From positions 2,944,001 to 3,008,000 of the forward strand of contig CAWKMU010000003.1 in the NCBI GenBank assembly GCA_963850905.1: a DNA stretch of 64,000 nucleotides. Direction: 5' to 3'. The DNA is from an uncultured Gemmatimonadales bacterium (lineage in GTDB: Bacteria > Gemmatimonadota > Gemmatimonadetes > Gemmatimonadales > Gemmatimonadaceae). A program made the position numbers and the translations under genes. A model generated the notes under the pieces. The model was not told where the DNA came from. It saw only the letters and a list, made by a program, of their open reading frames with translations, and made no database searches. Shown piece after piece: positions 10,108 through 20,168 of the stretch (its first letter is position 1; the number at the start of each line of letters is the position of its first letter).

Positions 10108-10224
10108 CGCAGTCCAAAATTGACAGGCGCACCGGGGGCGGTCTGAACTTGCCTCCGGAAGTTTTTGCGCCCGCCGTTCGAATCACGACGTGCCCAACGG
10201 GCTCCCCCCAACTGGAGGCGCGTG

Positions 10225-13200
10225 ATGCAACGTGCAATGTGGGTTCGCGGGAAGGCCACACCGGTGGCGGCGGCGCTCGGGATGATCACTCTCCTGGCCG
10301 CGTGGCCGATCTCGGCGCAGGCACCCACAAGAATCACCGGCCATGTGGTCGACGCCGGCGACCAGGCCCCCATCCCTGCCGCGACTGTGGTCGTGACAGG
10401 GACGACGATCGGTACAAGTTCGAACGACAGCGGGGCATTCACGATCGCGCTCCCGGCTGACGCCCGGAGTTTCACTGTCCGACGCATCGGCTTTCTCGCC
10501 AGAACGGTTCCCGTCTCGGGGGCCCAGACCGCGTACACCGTGGCGCTCTCTCGCGACGTGCTTCGCCTCGAGGCGCAGGTCGTGACCGGGGTGGCGACGA
10601 CCGTCTCATCCCAAAGTGCAGCCAACGCCGTCGCGGTCGTCAACACGCAGGAAGTCAACGAGGTGCCCGCTCCGACGGTCGAGAACGCGATCCAGGGGCA
10701 GATTCCCGGCGCTCTTATTCAGCAGAACAATGGTGGCGCGCCCGGTGGCGGGATGCAGATCCAGATCCGCGGGACCACGTCGATCAATGCCAATGGCTCG
10801 CCGCTCTATGTGCTCGACGGGGTGATCATCGAGAACGACATCCAGGAGCCGGGGAACGAAGCCCTCACCGACGCCCTCGGCATCGGCGTCGCACCAAACA
10901 ACCAAGATCTGGGCGTCAACCGCATTGCGGATATCAACCCCGAGGACATCGAGAGCATCGAGGTCTTGAAGGGTGCGTCGGCGTCGGCCATCTATGGCTC
11001 CAAGGCATCGGCCGGTGTGGTGATCATCACGACTAAGAAGGGCAAGGCGGGAAAACCGCTGTGGAGCCTGTCGCAGAAGGTCGGACAGTTCGCTGACGCC
11101 GCGACGCTCGACATCCGGACGTTCCCGACGTTGGCCAGTGCGCAGGGCTGGTATAACAACGACATCACCGGTGCTACCACACCCGCTGAGATTGCCGCAA
11201 ATAACGCATTCATTTCGAGCGTCTACGGCGGCCCGCAGAATTATCAGACCACCGTGTTCGGCAACGGCCAGGCCTCGTACGAGACGGATCTGAGCGTCAG
11301 CGGCACGCAAGGCGAGACTCAGTTCTTCGTGTCCGGGCTCTCGAAGTACGACAACGGCACGTTGCTCAACACCGGTTACAACAAGCAGTCGATCCGGTCG
11401 AACGTCACGGAGCAGTTTGCGAGCCGCCTCTCCGCCACCGCCAACCTTTTTTATTCGCACAGTGTCACGCGCCGTGGCCTCACGGGCAACGACAACAACG
11501 GCAGCAGCCCATACGACGTGTTCTCGTACACGCCGCAGTTCGTGAATCTCAATCATCAGAACGCCAATGGGTCGTGGGCGTTGAACCCCTTTGGACCGGC
11601 CAATCCCTTTGCTGACGCCTACGACATCGGCACACCGGAGACGACCCAGCGGTTCATCGGCGGCGGCAATATCAACTGGACACCGTTCCGGACCGAGCAC
11701 CAATCTCTGCAGGTGCAATTGATAGGCGGAGTCGACATCGCCCACGTGCTCGACGATCTGTACGCTCCGGCCTCTCTGCAGCTCGAGCAGAACCTGGTCT
11801 TACCGGGTGTCTCGACCACGCAGACGACGGACAACCAGTACATCAACTACTCGATCAATCTGATCCACCACTACACTGGGCTGTCGTGGCTCGATGCGAC
11901 GACGTCGGCAGGGTTTGTGCGCGAGCGGCGCGACCTGACCAACCCGGAGACGGTCTCGCAGAACGTGCTGGCCGGTCTCAACAACCCGGCCACCGGCACG
12001 GTGCAGACGAACTTCTTCAACCGCACCGCGCAGCGCGACCAGTCACTCTATGGTCAGGAGCAGATCCTCGCGCTTGACTCGCGGCTCTCAGTGACCGCGG
12101 GGGTGACGGCCGAGCGGACGACGAACGACGGTGACATCGGCAAATTTTACGCTTATCCGCGGTATTCGGCCTCGTACCGCATCCCGCAGTTCGTGGGTTT
12201 CCTGGACGAGATCAAGTTGCGAGCCGCGCTCGGGTCATCGGGGACGCAGCCGCTCTACGGCGTCCGGTATAGCCCGTTTGGAACGACGCTCGGTTCGGGC
12301 CTTCCCGGTGTGGCAGCCGACACCGTGGTCGGCGATGCCAACGTCAGGCCCGAGTCGGAGACCGAGTTCGAGACCGGATTTGACGCGACGATGTTCCACT
12401 CACGGGCCCAGTTCACCTTCACCGTCTACCAGAAGCGGGTCACGAATCTTCTCCTGGAAGCAGCGGTCAACGCCTCGCGCGGTTACGACGTGCAGTGGCT
12501 GAACGGCGGCGAGTTCACGAACCAGGGGGCTGAGATCTCGCTGGCCATGACGCCGGTCCAGCTTCGCAACGGATTCACCTGGGTGAGCACGACTAGCTTC
12601 TACCGCAATTACAGCGTCGTGAACGCGCTCCCAGTTGCGGGTTTCAATGAGATTTACGTCGGCCGCTCGATCACGGAGGACGTGAACGGCGCCTTCATCG
12701 GTCCGAACGGAATTCCGGAGCAGACAGGCGACGGGTCGCCCTCATTCACTATGGACTTTAACGAGGAAGTGAGCTGGGGGCCGCTGCGGCTCGCGGGGCT
12801 CCTCGATTGGAACCGGGGCGGCAACGTGGGCAATGGCGACGACGACTACTTCAAGTTCGGCACTCTCTGGGGCGATTCGGCGAATGCGGCAAAATTTGTT
12901 CAAGAGGAGTTCGCCAACTTGAGGCCGGACCTTCAAAGTGCTACGGCTGTCAAGCTTCGGAGCGTGTCCCTGAGCTACACGCTGCCCACCAGGTGGCTCA
13001 ATCGGGTGGCGAGCGGTCGCGTCTCGAGCGCTCGCCTGTCGCTGCTCGGTCGCAATCTGTTGTACTGGTACAGTAAGTATTACGACGGCCTGGATCCGGA
13101 AGTGAGCTCGGCTGGCAGCCAGGACGTACGGCGCCCAGGCGACGTCACACCGTACCCACCATCCCGCAGCTTTTTCCTTTCCCTCGACCTGGGCTTCTGA
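10225..13200 (+). CDS. SusC/RagA-family TonB-dependent outer-membrane receptor
   Basis: N-terminal carboxypeptidase-regulatory-like domain, IQIRG, PLYVLDGV, DINPEDIESIEVLKGASASAIYGSKASAGVVIITTKKG, C-terminal F. Confidence 0.95.
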   Translation: MQRAMWVRGKATPVAAALGMITLLAAWPISAQAPTRITGHVVDAGDQAPIPAATVVVTGTTIGTSSNDSGAFTIALPADARSFTVRRIGFLARTVPVSGAQTAYTVALSRDVLRLEAQVVTGVATTVSSQSAANAVAVVNTQEVNEVPAPTVENAIQGQIPGALIQQNNGGAPGGGMQIQIRGTTSINANGSPLYVLDGVIIENDIQEPGNEALTDALGIGVAPNNQDLGVNRIADINPEDIESIEVLKGASASAIYGSKASAGVVIITTKKGKAGKPLWSLSQKVGQFADAATLDIRTFPTLASAQGWYNNDITGATTPAEIAANNAFISSVYGGPQNYQTTVFGNGQASYETDLSVSGTQGETQFFVSGLSKYDNGTLLNTGYNKQSIRSNVTEQFASRLSATANLFYSHSVTRRGLTGNDNNGSSPYDVFSYTPQFVNLNHQNANGSWALNPFGPANPFADAYDIGTPETTQRFIGGGNINWTPFRTEHQSLQVQLIGGVDIAHVLDDLYAPASLQLEQNLVLPGVSTTQTTDNQYINYSINLIHHYTGLSWLDATTSAGFVRERRDLTNPETVSQNVLAGLNNPATGTVQTNFFNRTAQRDQSLYGQEQILALDSRLSVTAGVTAERTTNDGDIGKFYAYPRYSASYRIPQFVGFLDEIKLRAALGSSGTQPLYGVRYSPFGTTLGSGLPGVAADTVVGDANVRPESETEFETGFDATMFHSRAQFTFTVYQKRVTNLLLEAAVNASRGYDVQWLNGGEFTNQGAEISLAMTPVQLRNGFTWVSTTSFYRNYSVVNALPVAGFNEIYVGRSITEDVNGAFIGPNGIPEQTGDGSPSFTMDFNEEVSWGPLRLAGLLDWNRGGNVGNGDDDYFKFGTLWGDSANAAKFVQEEFANLRPDLQSATAVKLRSVSLSYTLPTRWLNRVASGRVSSARLSLLGRNLLYWYSKYYDGLDPEVSSAGSQDVRRPGDVTPYPPSRSFFLSLDLGF

Positions 13201-13201
13201 C

Positions 13202-14770
13202 ATGCGCGAGACATATATCTGCGCCGCAGGCGGGTGTCCGCGCCTCGTGGAGCGGCGCGTTAATCAGTGGCGCGCGGTCATGTTCATAGGGGGGGTGGCT
13301 CTCGTTGCCGTGACGGCATGCAAGGACACCGCCGTCCCGTACTTCAATGCGCCGACGAGCATTCCGTCCTCGCCGACAGGTGTGCAGAACGCAGTGACCG
13401 GACTGTTCTCGGCCACGCGGATCGACGTGAATTGGGACGTGTGGTACGTGGGCTCGTTCGGGCGCGACATCTTTTGGTTCCTTGGCGCGAGCTCCAACGT
13501 GCTGGTTGACGTGTCGGGTCTCATCGCCCCGACCAGCCACAGCAACATCGACGCAGTCGAAGAGTGGGACAACGAGTACGCGCAAGCGAAACAGGCCAAC
13601 TACATCATCGCCAACTTGGCCAAAGTGCCGGCGTACTCGGCGGCGCAAGTCGCGGCCGTCACCGGCATCGTGCAGACGATCAAGGCGCTCAATTTCATGA
13701 TGTTGGCGGAGACCCGAGATTCGATAGGTATCCCGATCTACTCGATCGGCAGCAATCCGACCGACCCGCCCTACTGCATCAAGGACGTGTGGGCGTACAT
13801 CGTCGCGCTACTCGATTCGGGCTTCAACGATCTCAACGCCGCTGGATCGATCCCGTTGCCCGTCAAGCTCCCGGCCGGTTTTATGTCGGTGGGACAGACG
13901 GCGTCCCCGAGCACTGCGCAGGGGTCATTTGCCGCATTCAATCGGGCGCTGGCCGGGAAGGCTGGCCTCGAGTATGCGTATGCCATCGCCCGCAACAAAC
14001 CCAGCACACATCCGACGCCAACATCGCCCGGCAATCCCGATCCCACGGCGCTAGCGCGCGCGGATAGTGCATTAACAGCGTCGGCACTGTACAACCCGAG
14101 CGTGATCGCACCGCCGGCCGCGGGCAACTTCGCGCTCGACCAGTACGGGGTGTACCACACCTTCAGCGGCCAGTCCGGCGATCTGCAGAACGCGGTCCTC
14201 GAGTACTATTACTTGTTTGACGCAACCTGGGACCTCTACTACGACGTCGACACGGCCGACTTGCGGTACAAGAACAAGTTTGTACCAGATCCCTTTCCGG
14301 TCCAGCTAGCCTCGTATGCGGGCGTCTCCAACGGCCTCAATTACCTCCCATACGCGCAGGTCAACAGCCCCTTCCCGATCGTGCGCGCGGAGGAATTGGC
14401 GCTCGTGCGAGCGCAGATCCAACTGGGGTTAGGCAATTTCGCCAACGCGATCACGCTCATCAATCAGGTGCATATGCAGGCGGGCGGTTTCGCGACACCC
14501 CTCTCGATCGCTCTTACGTACACGGCGGTGCGTGACTCACTCCTGAAGGAGCAGCGCATCTCGACCGTCTTCGAACCGAGCAACGACCGCGCGATCGCGC
14601 TTCGCATGTACCACCTCGAGGCAGTCGCCGACACGACGTGGCAAGCCACCGCAGGCCCGGACGCAGCCACCGCCGCGGCGTTACACAGTACCGACTATCA
14701 CAATACGGTGGCCAACGTGCCGCTCGTAGAGGTCACGGCGCGAGGTGGGTGGAATTTGACCTGCCCGTAA
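13202..14770 (+). CDS. RagB/SusD-family lipoprotein
   Basis: Directly downstream of susC; lipobox VTA-C; PIVRAEELALVRA, AITLINQVH, LLKEQR motifs; true start may be further in. Confidence 0.85.
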   Translation: MRETYICAAGGCPRLVERRVNQWRAVMFIGGVALVAVTACKDTAVPYFNAPTSIPSSPTGVQNAVTGLFSATRIDVNWDVWYVGSFGRDIFWFLGASSNVLVDVSGLIAPTSHSNIDAVEEWDNEYAQAKQANYIIANLAKVPAYSAAQVAAVTGIVQTIKALNFMMLAETRDSIGIPIYSIGSNPTDPPYCIKDVWAYIVALLDSGFNDLNAAGSIPLPVKLPAGFMSVGQTASPSTAQGSFAAFNRALAGKAGLEYAYAIARNKPSTHPTPTSPGNPDPTALARADSALTASALYNPSVIAPPAAGNFALDQYGVYHTFSGQSGDLQNAVLEYYYLFDATWDLYYDVDTADLRYKNKFVPDPFPVQLASYAGVSNGLNYLPYAQVNSPFPIVRAEELALVRAQIQLGLGNFANAITLINQVHMQAGGFATPLSIALTYTAVRDSLLKEQRISTVFEPSNDRAIALRMYHLEAVADTTWQATAGPDAATAAALHSTDYHNTVANVPLVEVTARGGWNLTCP

Positions 14771-14829
14771 CCGCAAATGGGCAGGGAGAGAAACGAGGAC
14801 GACGGGCGACAGTGGTCGGGAAGAGCAGC

Positions 14830-14863
14830 CGAGGCCAGTTGCGGTGCACCGTGACTGGCCTCG
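14830..14863 (+). terminator. Long hairpin after susD (terminator or stabiliser)
   Basis: CGAGGCCAGTtgcggt-gc-accgtgACTGGCCTCG; weak U-tract. Confidence 0.5.
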
Positions 14864-15154
14864 TGGTTCGCTAACGGCTGCCCGCTGACGGCTGAACAGT
14901 CATCGCTTCACGTTCCTGGCATGAAACAGCTCGTGAGGATGGTGCAGGAGACTCATGCGCACCCACGGTGCTGCGCAAGAACCGCTTCTATTCCAATTCG
15001 CCACCGACGTGAACGCCAACCAAACCGCTCAAATTCAGCGAATGAATCGAATGCTCGCGGCCATGTCCCCGCCGACATGAGCCATCATACGACCCGCGTA
15101 TCAAACCCGATTGCCGTCTCACCATCGCTCCCTGGCCTTTCCAGGAGTTCAGTC

Positions 15155-17056
15155 ATGACCTCCCATGTGGCAGTAACGCCGCGCGGTCTGGGCCGCACAT
15201 CCTCGGCTGTCCCGCCGCTCTCAGCAGCGCTCCTGGCTTGCTCGTTGACGCTGACGCCGTGCGCGTTCGCGCAATCGGCGGGCAACGGTTCTGGATCACC
15301 GCAGGCGATCGACATGTCCCTGACGGCGCCCAGTCCCGACCCACGCGATGGGCTCAAGGCAGGCTGGCTCGATCCTGGGCAAGCCTCGTGGAACATGCGC
15401 CTGGTGGCCGCGGTGCGGCCAACTGAGGGGTTCTTCGATCCGAGTGGCCCCACAATGGGCAAATCGAACACCGACCTGGCCTTCGAGGGCAAGTACGTCA
15501 TTCAGGGTAACTTCAACGGCTTCCAGATCTGGGACGTCTCGAATCCGAGCGAGCCGCGGCTCGCTGGCTCGTCCGTCTGCCGCGGAGGGCAGGGCAATGT
15601 GTCCGTGTATCGCAATCTCCTCTTCGTGTCGGTGGAAGAGCTGGCCGGTCGTATGGACTGCGGCGTCCAGGGTGTACCGGATACTGTCAGCCAGGATCGG
15701 TTCCGCGGGGTGCGGATTTTCGATATCAGTGATGTCCAACACCCAAAAGAGATCGCCGGTGTTCAAACGTGCCGCGGGTCGCACACCAACACGCTGGTCG
15801 AGGACCCGAACGACAAGGCCAACATCTACATCTATTCTTCGGGCAACGCCGCGTCCCGGTCATCGAGCGAGCTCGCGGGGTGTTCCGAATCCGCGGCAGC
15901 CGACGACCCGAACGCACCGCGATTCATGATCGAAGTGATCCGGGTCCCCCTGGCGCACCCCGAACAGGCCAAGATCGTGAGCAGCCCGCGGATCCTGGGT
16001 GGGCTCGGAACGGTCACGTATCACGCGGCGGATCCGCAGGACGAGGCGAGGATGGCGGCAGCGTTCAAGAGCGCTGCGGCGAAGACCAAGAGCGGCGGAG
16101 GCGGTGGCGGGTCAGGGGCGCCGGGACTCTTTGGCCCGACTGTCAGGTACTGCCACGACATTACAGCCTATCCGGCCATCAAGCGAGCCGGCGCCGCGTG
16201 TATCGGCTGGGGACTGCTGCTCGATATTCAAGATCCCGCCCATCCGAAGCGAATGGCGGCGGCGGCCGATTCGAACCTCGCGGTCTGGCATTCGGCCACT
16301 TTCAGCAACAATGGATCGAAGGTTCTGTTCGGGGATGAGTGGGGAGGACCTCACTGCCGCGCGACGGACAATAAGGACTGGGGTGGCCTCTCCGTCTATG
16401 GGCTCGCGAACGACGGCATGCAGCTCAAGAGCTATTTCAAAATGCCGGCGGCGCTGGCCGACGTAGCGATCTGCACGGCTCACAATGGCTCGCTGATCCC
16501 GGTCCCTGGCCGGGACATCGCGGTTTACAGTTGGTACGACGGTGGGATCGACGTGGTCGACTGGTCCAATGCCTCCCATCCCAAGGAAATCGCTTTCTTC
16601 GATCGGGGGCCCGAAGACTCGACGAAGATAACAATGGGGGGAACCTGGTCCGCGTACTGGTACAATGGCTACATCTACAGCTCCGAGATCACGCGCGGCC
16701 TCAATGTGCTCGCGCTCCAGCCGAGCGGCCTGCTCTCGCAGAACGAGATCGACGCGGCCAAATCGGTCCATCTCAATGAATTCAACCCACAGGACCAGCC
16801 GAAAATCGTCTGGCCGGCGACGTTTGCGCTCGCGCGGGCGTATCTCGATCAGTTGGGACGCGACGGTGGCCTTCCGGTGGCTCGCCGCGCCGCGGTGACC
16901 CGCAGTCTCGCGACCGCCGAGAAATTGAGCCTCGGCGCGCGGCAGCAACGTCTCATGACCTTGGCCACAGAGGTTGAGGGCGATGCCGCCAGCGCCGGCA
17001 ATGCAGCTAAGGTGCGGCTCCTAGCCGATGCAATTCGGAAACTCGCGGCCATGTAG
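15155..17056 (+). CDS. Secreted LVIVD-repeat beta-propeller protein (paralog 2)
   Basis: AGGAG RBS; long stretches identical to 6999..8909 (e.g. GSHTNTLVEDPNDKANIYIYSSGNAASRSSSELAGCSE). Confidence 0.85.
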   Translation: MTSHVAVTPRGLGRTSSAVPPLSAALLACSLTLTPCAFAQSAGNGSGSPQAIDMSLTAPSPDPRDGLKAGWLDPGQASWNMRLVAAVRPTEGFFDPSGPTMGKSNTDLAFEGKYVIQGNFNGFQIWDVSNPSEPRLAGSSVCRGGQGNVSVYRNLLFVSVEELAGRMDCGVQGVPDTVSQDRFRGVRIFDISDVQHPKEIAGVQTCRGSHTNTLVEDPNDKANIYIYSSGNAASRSSSELAGCSESAAADDPNAPRFMIEVIRVPLAHPEQAKIVSSPRILGGLGTVTYHAADPQDEARMAAAFKSAAAKTKSGGGGGGSGAPGLFGPTVRYCHDITAYPAIKRAGAACIGWGLLLDIQDPAHPKRMAAAADSNLAVWHSATFSNNGSKVLFGDEWGGPHCRATDNKDWGGLSVYGLANDGMQLKSYFKMPAALADVAICTAHNGSLIPVPGRDIAVYSWYDGGIDVVDWSNASHPKEIAFFDRGPEDSTKITMGGTWSAYWYNGYIYSSEITRGLNVLALQPSGLLSQNEIDAAKSVHLNEFNPQDQPKIVWPATFALARAYLDQLGRDGGLPVARRAAVTRSLATAEKLSLGARQQRLMTLATEVEGDAASAGNAAKVRLLADAIRKLAAM

Positions 17057-17219
17057 TGAAGTTCGATTCTGGCCGGCACAAATGCCAATGGGTGGGAGTT
17101 TGACGGCACCGCGATTTCGTGTCAGAACGTCCCACTGGGCAACCAGACGATTGCACCGCGCCGCTCACGTGGCGCGGTCAGGCACAGAGCATCACCATCA
17201 CGGGCACGGCCCGCTAGGC

Positions 17220-17375
17220 GCCTGGCTCGGAGACAAGTACGCGACTACGCTGGCCGACAGAAGGCCGACGAGCACGGTCAGGTGAAAAAAAACGTTCATC
17301 GCCAGATCTGGTGCACGCGCGCGCGCGCGATTGGGTTCGCCTCTACGACAGCGGACCCGAAACATGGGGCCATCG
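17220..17375 (-). pseudogene. Decayed copy of the DUF305 5' end and upstream region
   Basis: Aligns in the same orientation with ~9540-9697 (ctggccgacag..gagca..tgaaaaaa..cgttcatcgcc..gggttcgcc.ctac..gcgga.cccgaaa). Confidence 0.75.
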
Positions 17376-17496
17376 CGCGAAGCTACCGCCCCACGGGACG
17401 AGCGATCGACTCACGTGGCGACGGCGGCGCGGCAGTAGATCGGATCCTGACGCTACCCGGCGAGCGTTGCTCAGCAGGCGCAACCGGCGTCGAAGC

Positions 17497-18417
17497 CTAC
17501 TTCTGGGATTTCGTCCGCCGAAGCGTTTTGAGATGGTTCACCGCAATGGCGTAGGCAAGATCTCGCTCGGCTATTGCACTCGCTTCAGGCTCACCCACGG
17601 CACCAGCATACGCTTTGGCAATGGCATGAATGACGAGCGGAGGATTGTCTTTGAAAACGTAGTGCCCGCTTCCGTAGGCGGTGATGCTCTCCCGATTCGG
17701 CTGGGCAGCCGCAAACTGCTTGTGACAATCCTTCCATCGGACGATATCGGCGCTGTCAGTGAAGGGTGGGTGCTCTGAGACCAGGTCGATCACCGGTATC
17801 GCCGGGGGGAACGTCACCCTTCTCATGATCGCCACGGTCGTCGGCAAATTGGCGGACTGATAATACATGCCGAGGTTCGCCGCTTTCGCTTTGGCCGTAT
17901 CCTCGCTCTTCCTCGCATTCACGAAGTTGCTCAGAAAGGCATCGTCGAACCAACACGCGGTGCTGGCATCGACGAACACCGCCGCTTTCACGAATGTGGG
18001 GTTCCTGGTCGCGTACAGCGTCGCATAGAGACCGCCGTACGAATGCGCGACGAGCACAATGTTGCCGCCGTAGCCCAATTTGCGCAGCCCCGCCTCCAGA
18101 CCCGCGACACCATTGAGTATGCCGTGCTTGGCGATATCGCGCTCATTGGCATCGATCTCGCTCTGGCCGAAGCCGGCCCGATCATACGTGATGAGGGGGG
18201 CGCCAGTAATACCAGCTATCGGATTGAGCAGACTGTCCCATACGGTGCCGTCGTCCCCTCCACCGGCATCAAACAAGATCGGTACGCCGCGCCCCCTCAG
18301 AATGTGAAAATGGAGTCGATACCCTCCCACATCGACCAGTGTATCCGTTGCCTGGCAGCGAGCCGCATGCGTCAGCGGTCCGAAAATGGCGAACGTCATG
18401 AAGAGGTATTTGTGCAT
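17497..18417 (-). CDS. Secreted alpha/beta hydrolase
   Basis: LVDVGGYRLH, YDRAGFGQS, nucleophile elbow AHSYGG, GSGHYV. Confidence 0.88.
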   Translation of the reverse strand: MHKYLFMTFAIFGPLTHAARCQATDTLVDVGGYRLHFHILRGRGVPILFDAGGGDDGTVWDSLLNPIAGITGAPLITYDRAGFGQSEIDANERDIAKHGILNGVAGLEAGLRKLGYGGNIVLVAHSYGGLYATLYATRNPTFVKAAVFVDASTACWFDDAFLSNFVNARKSEDTAKAKAANLGMYYQSANLPTTVAIMRRVTFPPAIPVIDLVSEHPPFTDSADIVRWKDCHKQFAAAQPNRESITAYGSGHYVFKDNPPLVIHAIAKAYAGAVGEPEASAIAERDLAYAIAVNHLKTLRRTKSQK

Positions 18418-18589
18418 GATTCGTGAAAGCTAGAGCGCTTCTGGCTGCCGGGCGCCGTCGCGCGACCGTAACCGGCGCGACGCTAGTTCGTCCACCTCGG
18501 GACGATAAAGCGATCGGGAGGCGCCGTTCGCACCGAAAGTGACCTTCACGAGTTACGGAATCCCAATGAACCAATGCTACGCTGTGACG

Positions 18590-19219
18590 ATGAGGCTGCT
18601 GACGGTTGGCTTGGTCTCGATGACCGCCGCGTGCAGTGGGAAGGATGGTGCGGCGGGTGCAACTGGCCCTCAGGGATCTACGGGGACGCAGGGGCCGCCA
18701 GGGCCGGAAGGAAACGCCAACGTGCAGGCGGACACAATGACCCTGACGAACAGTGGGTGGGCGTGGAATTCCCAATATGCGTTCCAGACCTCGCCCACCT
18801 CGTATACCGAGTACTTCACACGCTACCACGATGCGGGCGACACCACGATCACATCTGCCGTTCTGATGCAAGGGATGGTTCTCGTCTACTTCACGCCGTC
18901 CCCCACCACCAGCACGGTCCAGTGGCTGCCCCTTCCGTATCAGTTCACGGATGGCTCTGGCAATTTCAATTACGAGATGACGTTTGAAACGATGCCGGAC
19001 ACGGTCCGTCTCCATTATTTCTTCGTCGCGTTGAACAGCAACCCGATTCCGACCCTGTCGACCTACGACATTCCGACGTACCAGTTCAAGATCGTGGCGG
19101 TGACCGGCACTCTCGCCAATGCGATGCGGGCGAGCCACGTGAATCTGAAGAGCTACGAGGCGGTCAGCAGCTTCATCGCTCGAGCCAAGCGGTCCGAAGA
19201 GGTCCACGTCGGGGCCTGA
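18590..19219 (+). CDS. Lipoprotein with a short collagen-like Gly-X-Y segment
   Basis: Lipobox TAA-C then GKDGAAGATGPQGSTGTQGPPGPEGNANV; W.PLPY motif. Confidence 0.75.
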   Translation: MRLLTVGLVSMTAACSGKDGAAGATGPQGSTGTQGPPGPEGNANVQADTMTLTNSGWAWNSQYAFQTSPTSYTEYFTRYHDAGDTTITSAVLMQGMVLVYFTPSPTTSTVQWLPLPYQFTDGSGNFNYEMTFETMPDTVRLHYFFVALNSNPIPTLSTYDIPTYQFKIVAVTGTLANAMRASHVNLKSYEAVSSFIARAKRSEEVHVGA

Positions 19220-19243
19220 CCCGGCAGCAGATCAGTCGGACGT

Positions 19244-19277
19244 CAACAGCCGCCCGAGAGGCGGCTGTTGGCGTTTG
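19244..19277. terminator. Hairpin between convergent genes
   Basis: CAACAGCCGCC-cgaga-GGCGGCTGTTG, 11-bp perfect stem. Confidence 0.6.
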
Positions 19278-19355
19278 CGTCTCCATCGCGCGCGGCGATG
19301 CATGAGAGTGGCACACGCGAGGGCTCGCCATGCAATGTGCAAGCCCTCACTTCCC

Positions 19356-20168
19356 TCAGGAGGTCGAGGTCGGCTTCTCCGCGAGATACGCGTACCGCGA
19401 GAGACGTCTCTCGACGGAGAGCGCGTGGACGCATTGCAGGAACCGCTGCAGGCCCTGGAAGTTTGCCTCGCCCTCTCTGGCCACGAGCGCGCCACGGTGG
19501 CGCGCTCGCGCATCGTGCCACCGCGAGGCCACCGCAGCCGCCGCGGCCGTGACATCCTCGACCGCTCGGACCACGAACCCCGCGTCCCGGAGCAGCGCCT
19601 CGTTCGTGCCCGGCGGAACAAAGATGTAGAAGCCGATCGAGCTCCGCGTCGCGATCTCCTCATGCGAGACGGGGCCCGTCACGACCATCGCGTCGGTAAA
19701 GAGCGCGCGCCCGCCAGGTCGCAAAATGCGGTGCCAGTCACGGAGCACCGCGGCGCGATGCGCAATGTGGCACATCGCGTCGTTCGATACGATGGCATCG
19801 AAGCACTCACCCACGAAGGGCAGGGGCTGGCTCGCATCGACCGCTTCGAAGCGGACCCGCTCGGACAGGCCCAGGGCGTCGGCGAGTGCCCTGCCGTTTT
19901 GCACGCCATGCTCGTTGACGTCCACACCGGTCACTCGGCACCCGCGCTTGTCGGCCAAGTACACGGCCGGGCCGCCGGAACCGCTGCCGACCTCGAGAAC
20001 CTCGGTCCCGTCGCTGACACGGAGTTGATCGGCGAACCCGAGCCACTCCTGGGCGGTCATCCAGCTGCTCTGGCCCAAGTCCTCGCCGTACGTCGCCTGC
20101 CGCACTGCGCGCTCGGCGTCGCCGGCAAAGTCGGCGTACACGTTGTCATACAGGTTGACGGAGTTCAT
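19356..20168 (-). CDS. Class I SAM-dependent methyltransferase
   Basis: VLEVGSGSGG, VTGVD, FDAIVS, RILRPGG; GGAG RBS. Confidence 0.92.
   Translation of the reverse strand: MNSVNLYDNVYADFAGDAERAVRQATYGEDLGQSSWMTAQEWLGFADQLRVSDGTEVLEVGSGSGGPAVYLADKRGCRVTGVDVNEHGVQNGRALADALGLSERVRFEAVDASQPLPFVGECFDAIVSNDAMCHIAHRAAVLRDWHRILRPGGRALFTDAMVVTGPVSHEEIATRSSIGFYIFVPPGTNEALLRDAGFVVRAVEDVTAAAAAVASRWHDARARHRGALVAREGEANFQGLQRFLQCVHALSVERRLSRYAYLAEKPTSTS

Noticed and set aside
10606..11745. Long antisense or off-frame ORFs (also 19275..20405, 32187..33218, 56231..57160, 60275..61372)
   Set aside because: Shadows of well-supported genes in high-GC DNA, with no recognisable motifs
14921..15154. Long N-terminal extensions in the ORF track (also upstream parts of 23954, 26079, 47763, 51713, 53670)
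   Set aside because: RBS, signal peptides or family motifs support later starts
18590..19219. Phage tail fibre (collagen repeat)
   Set aside because: Has a lipobox and there are no phage genes nearby
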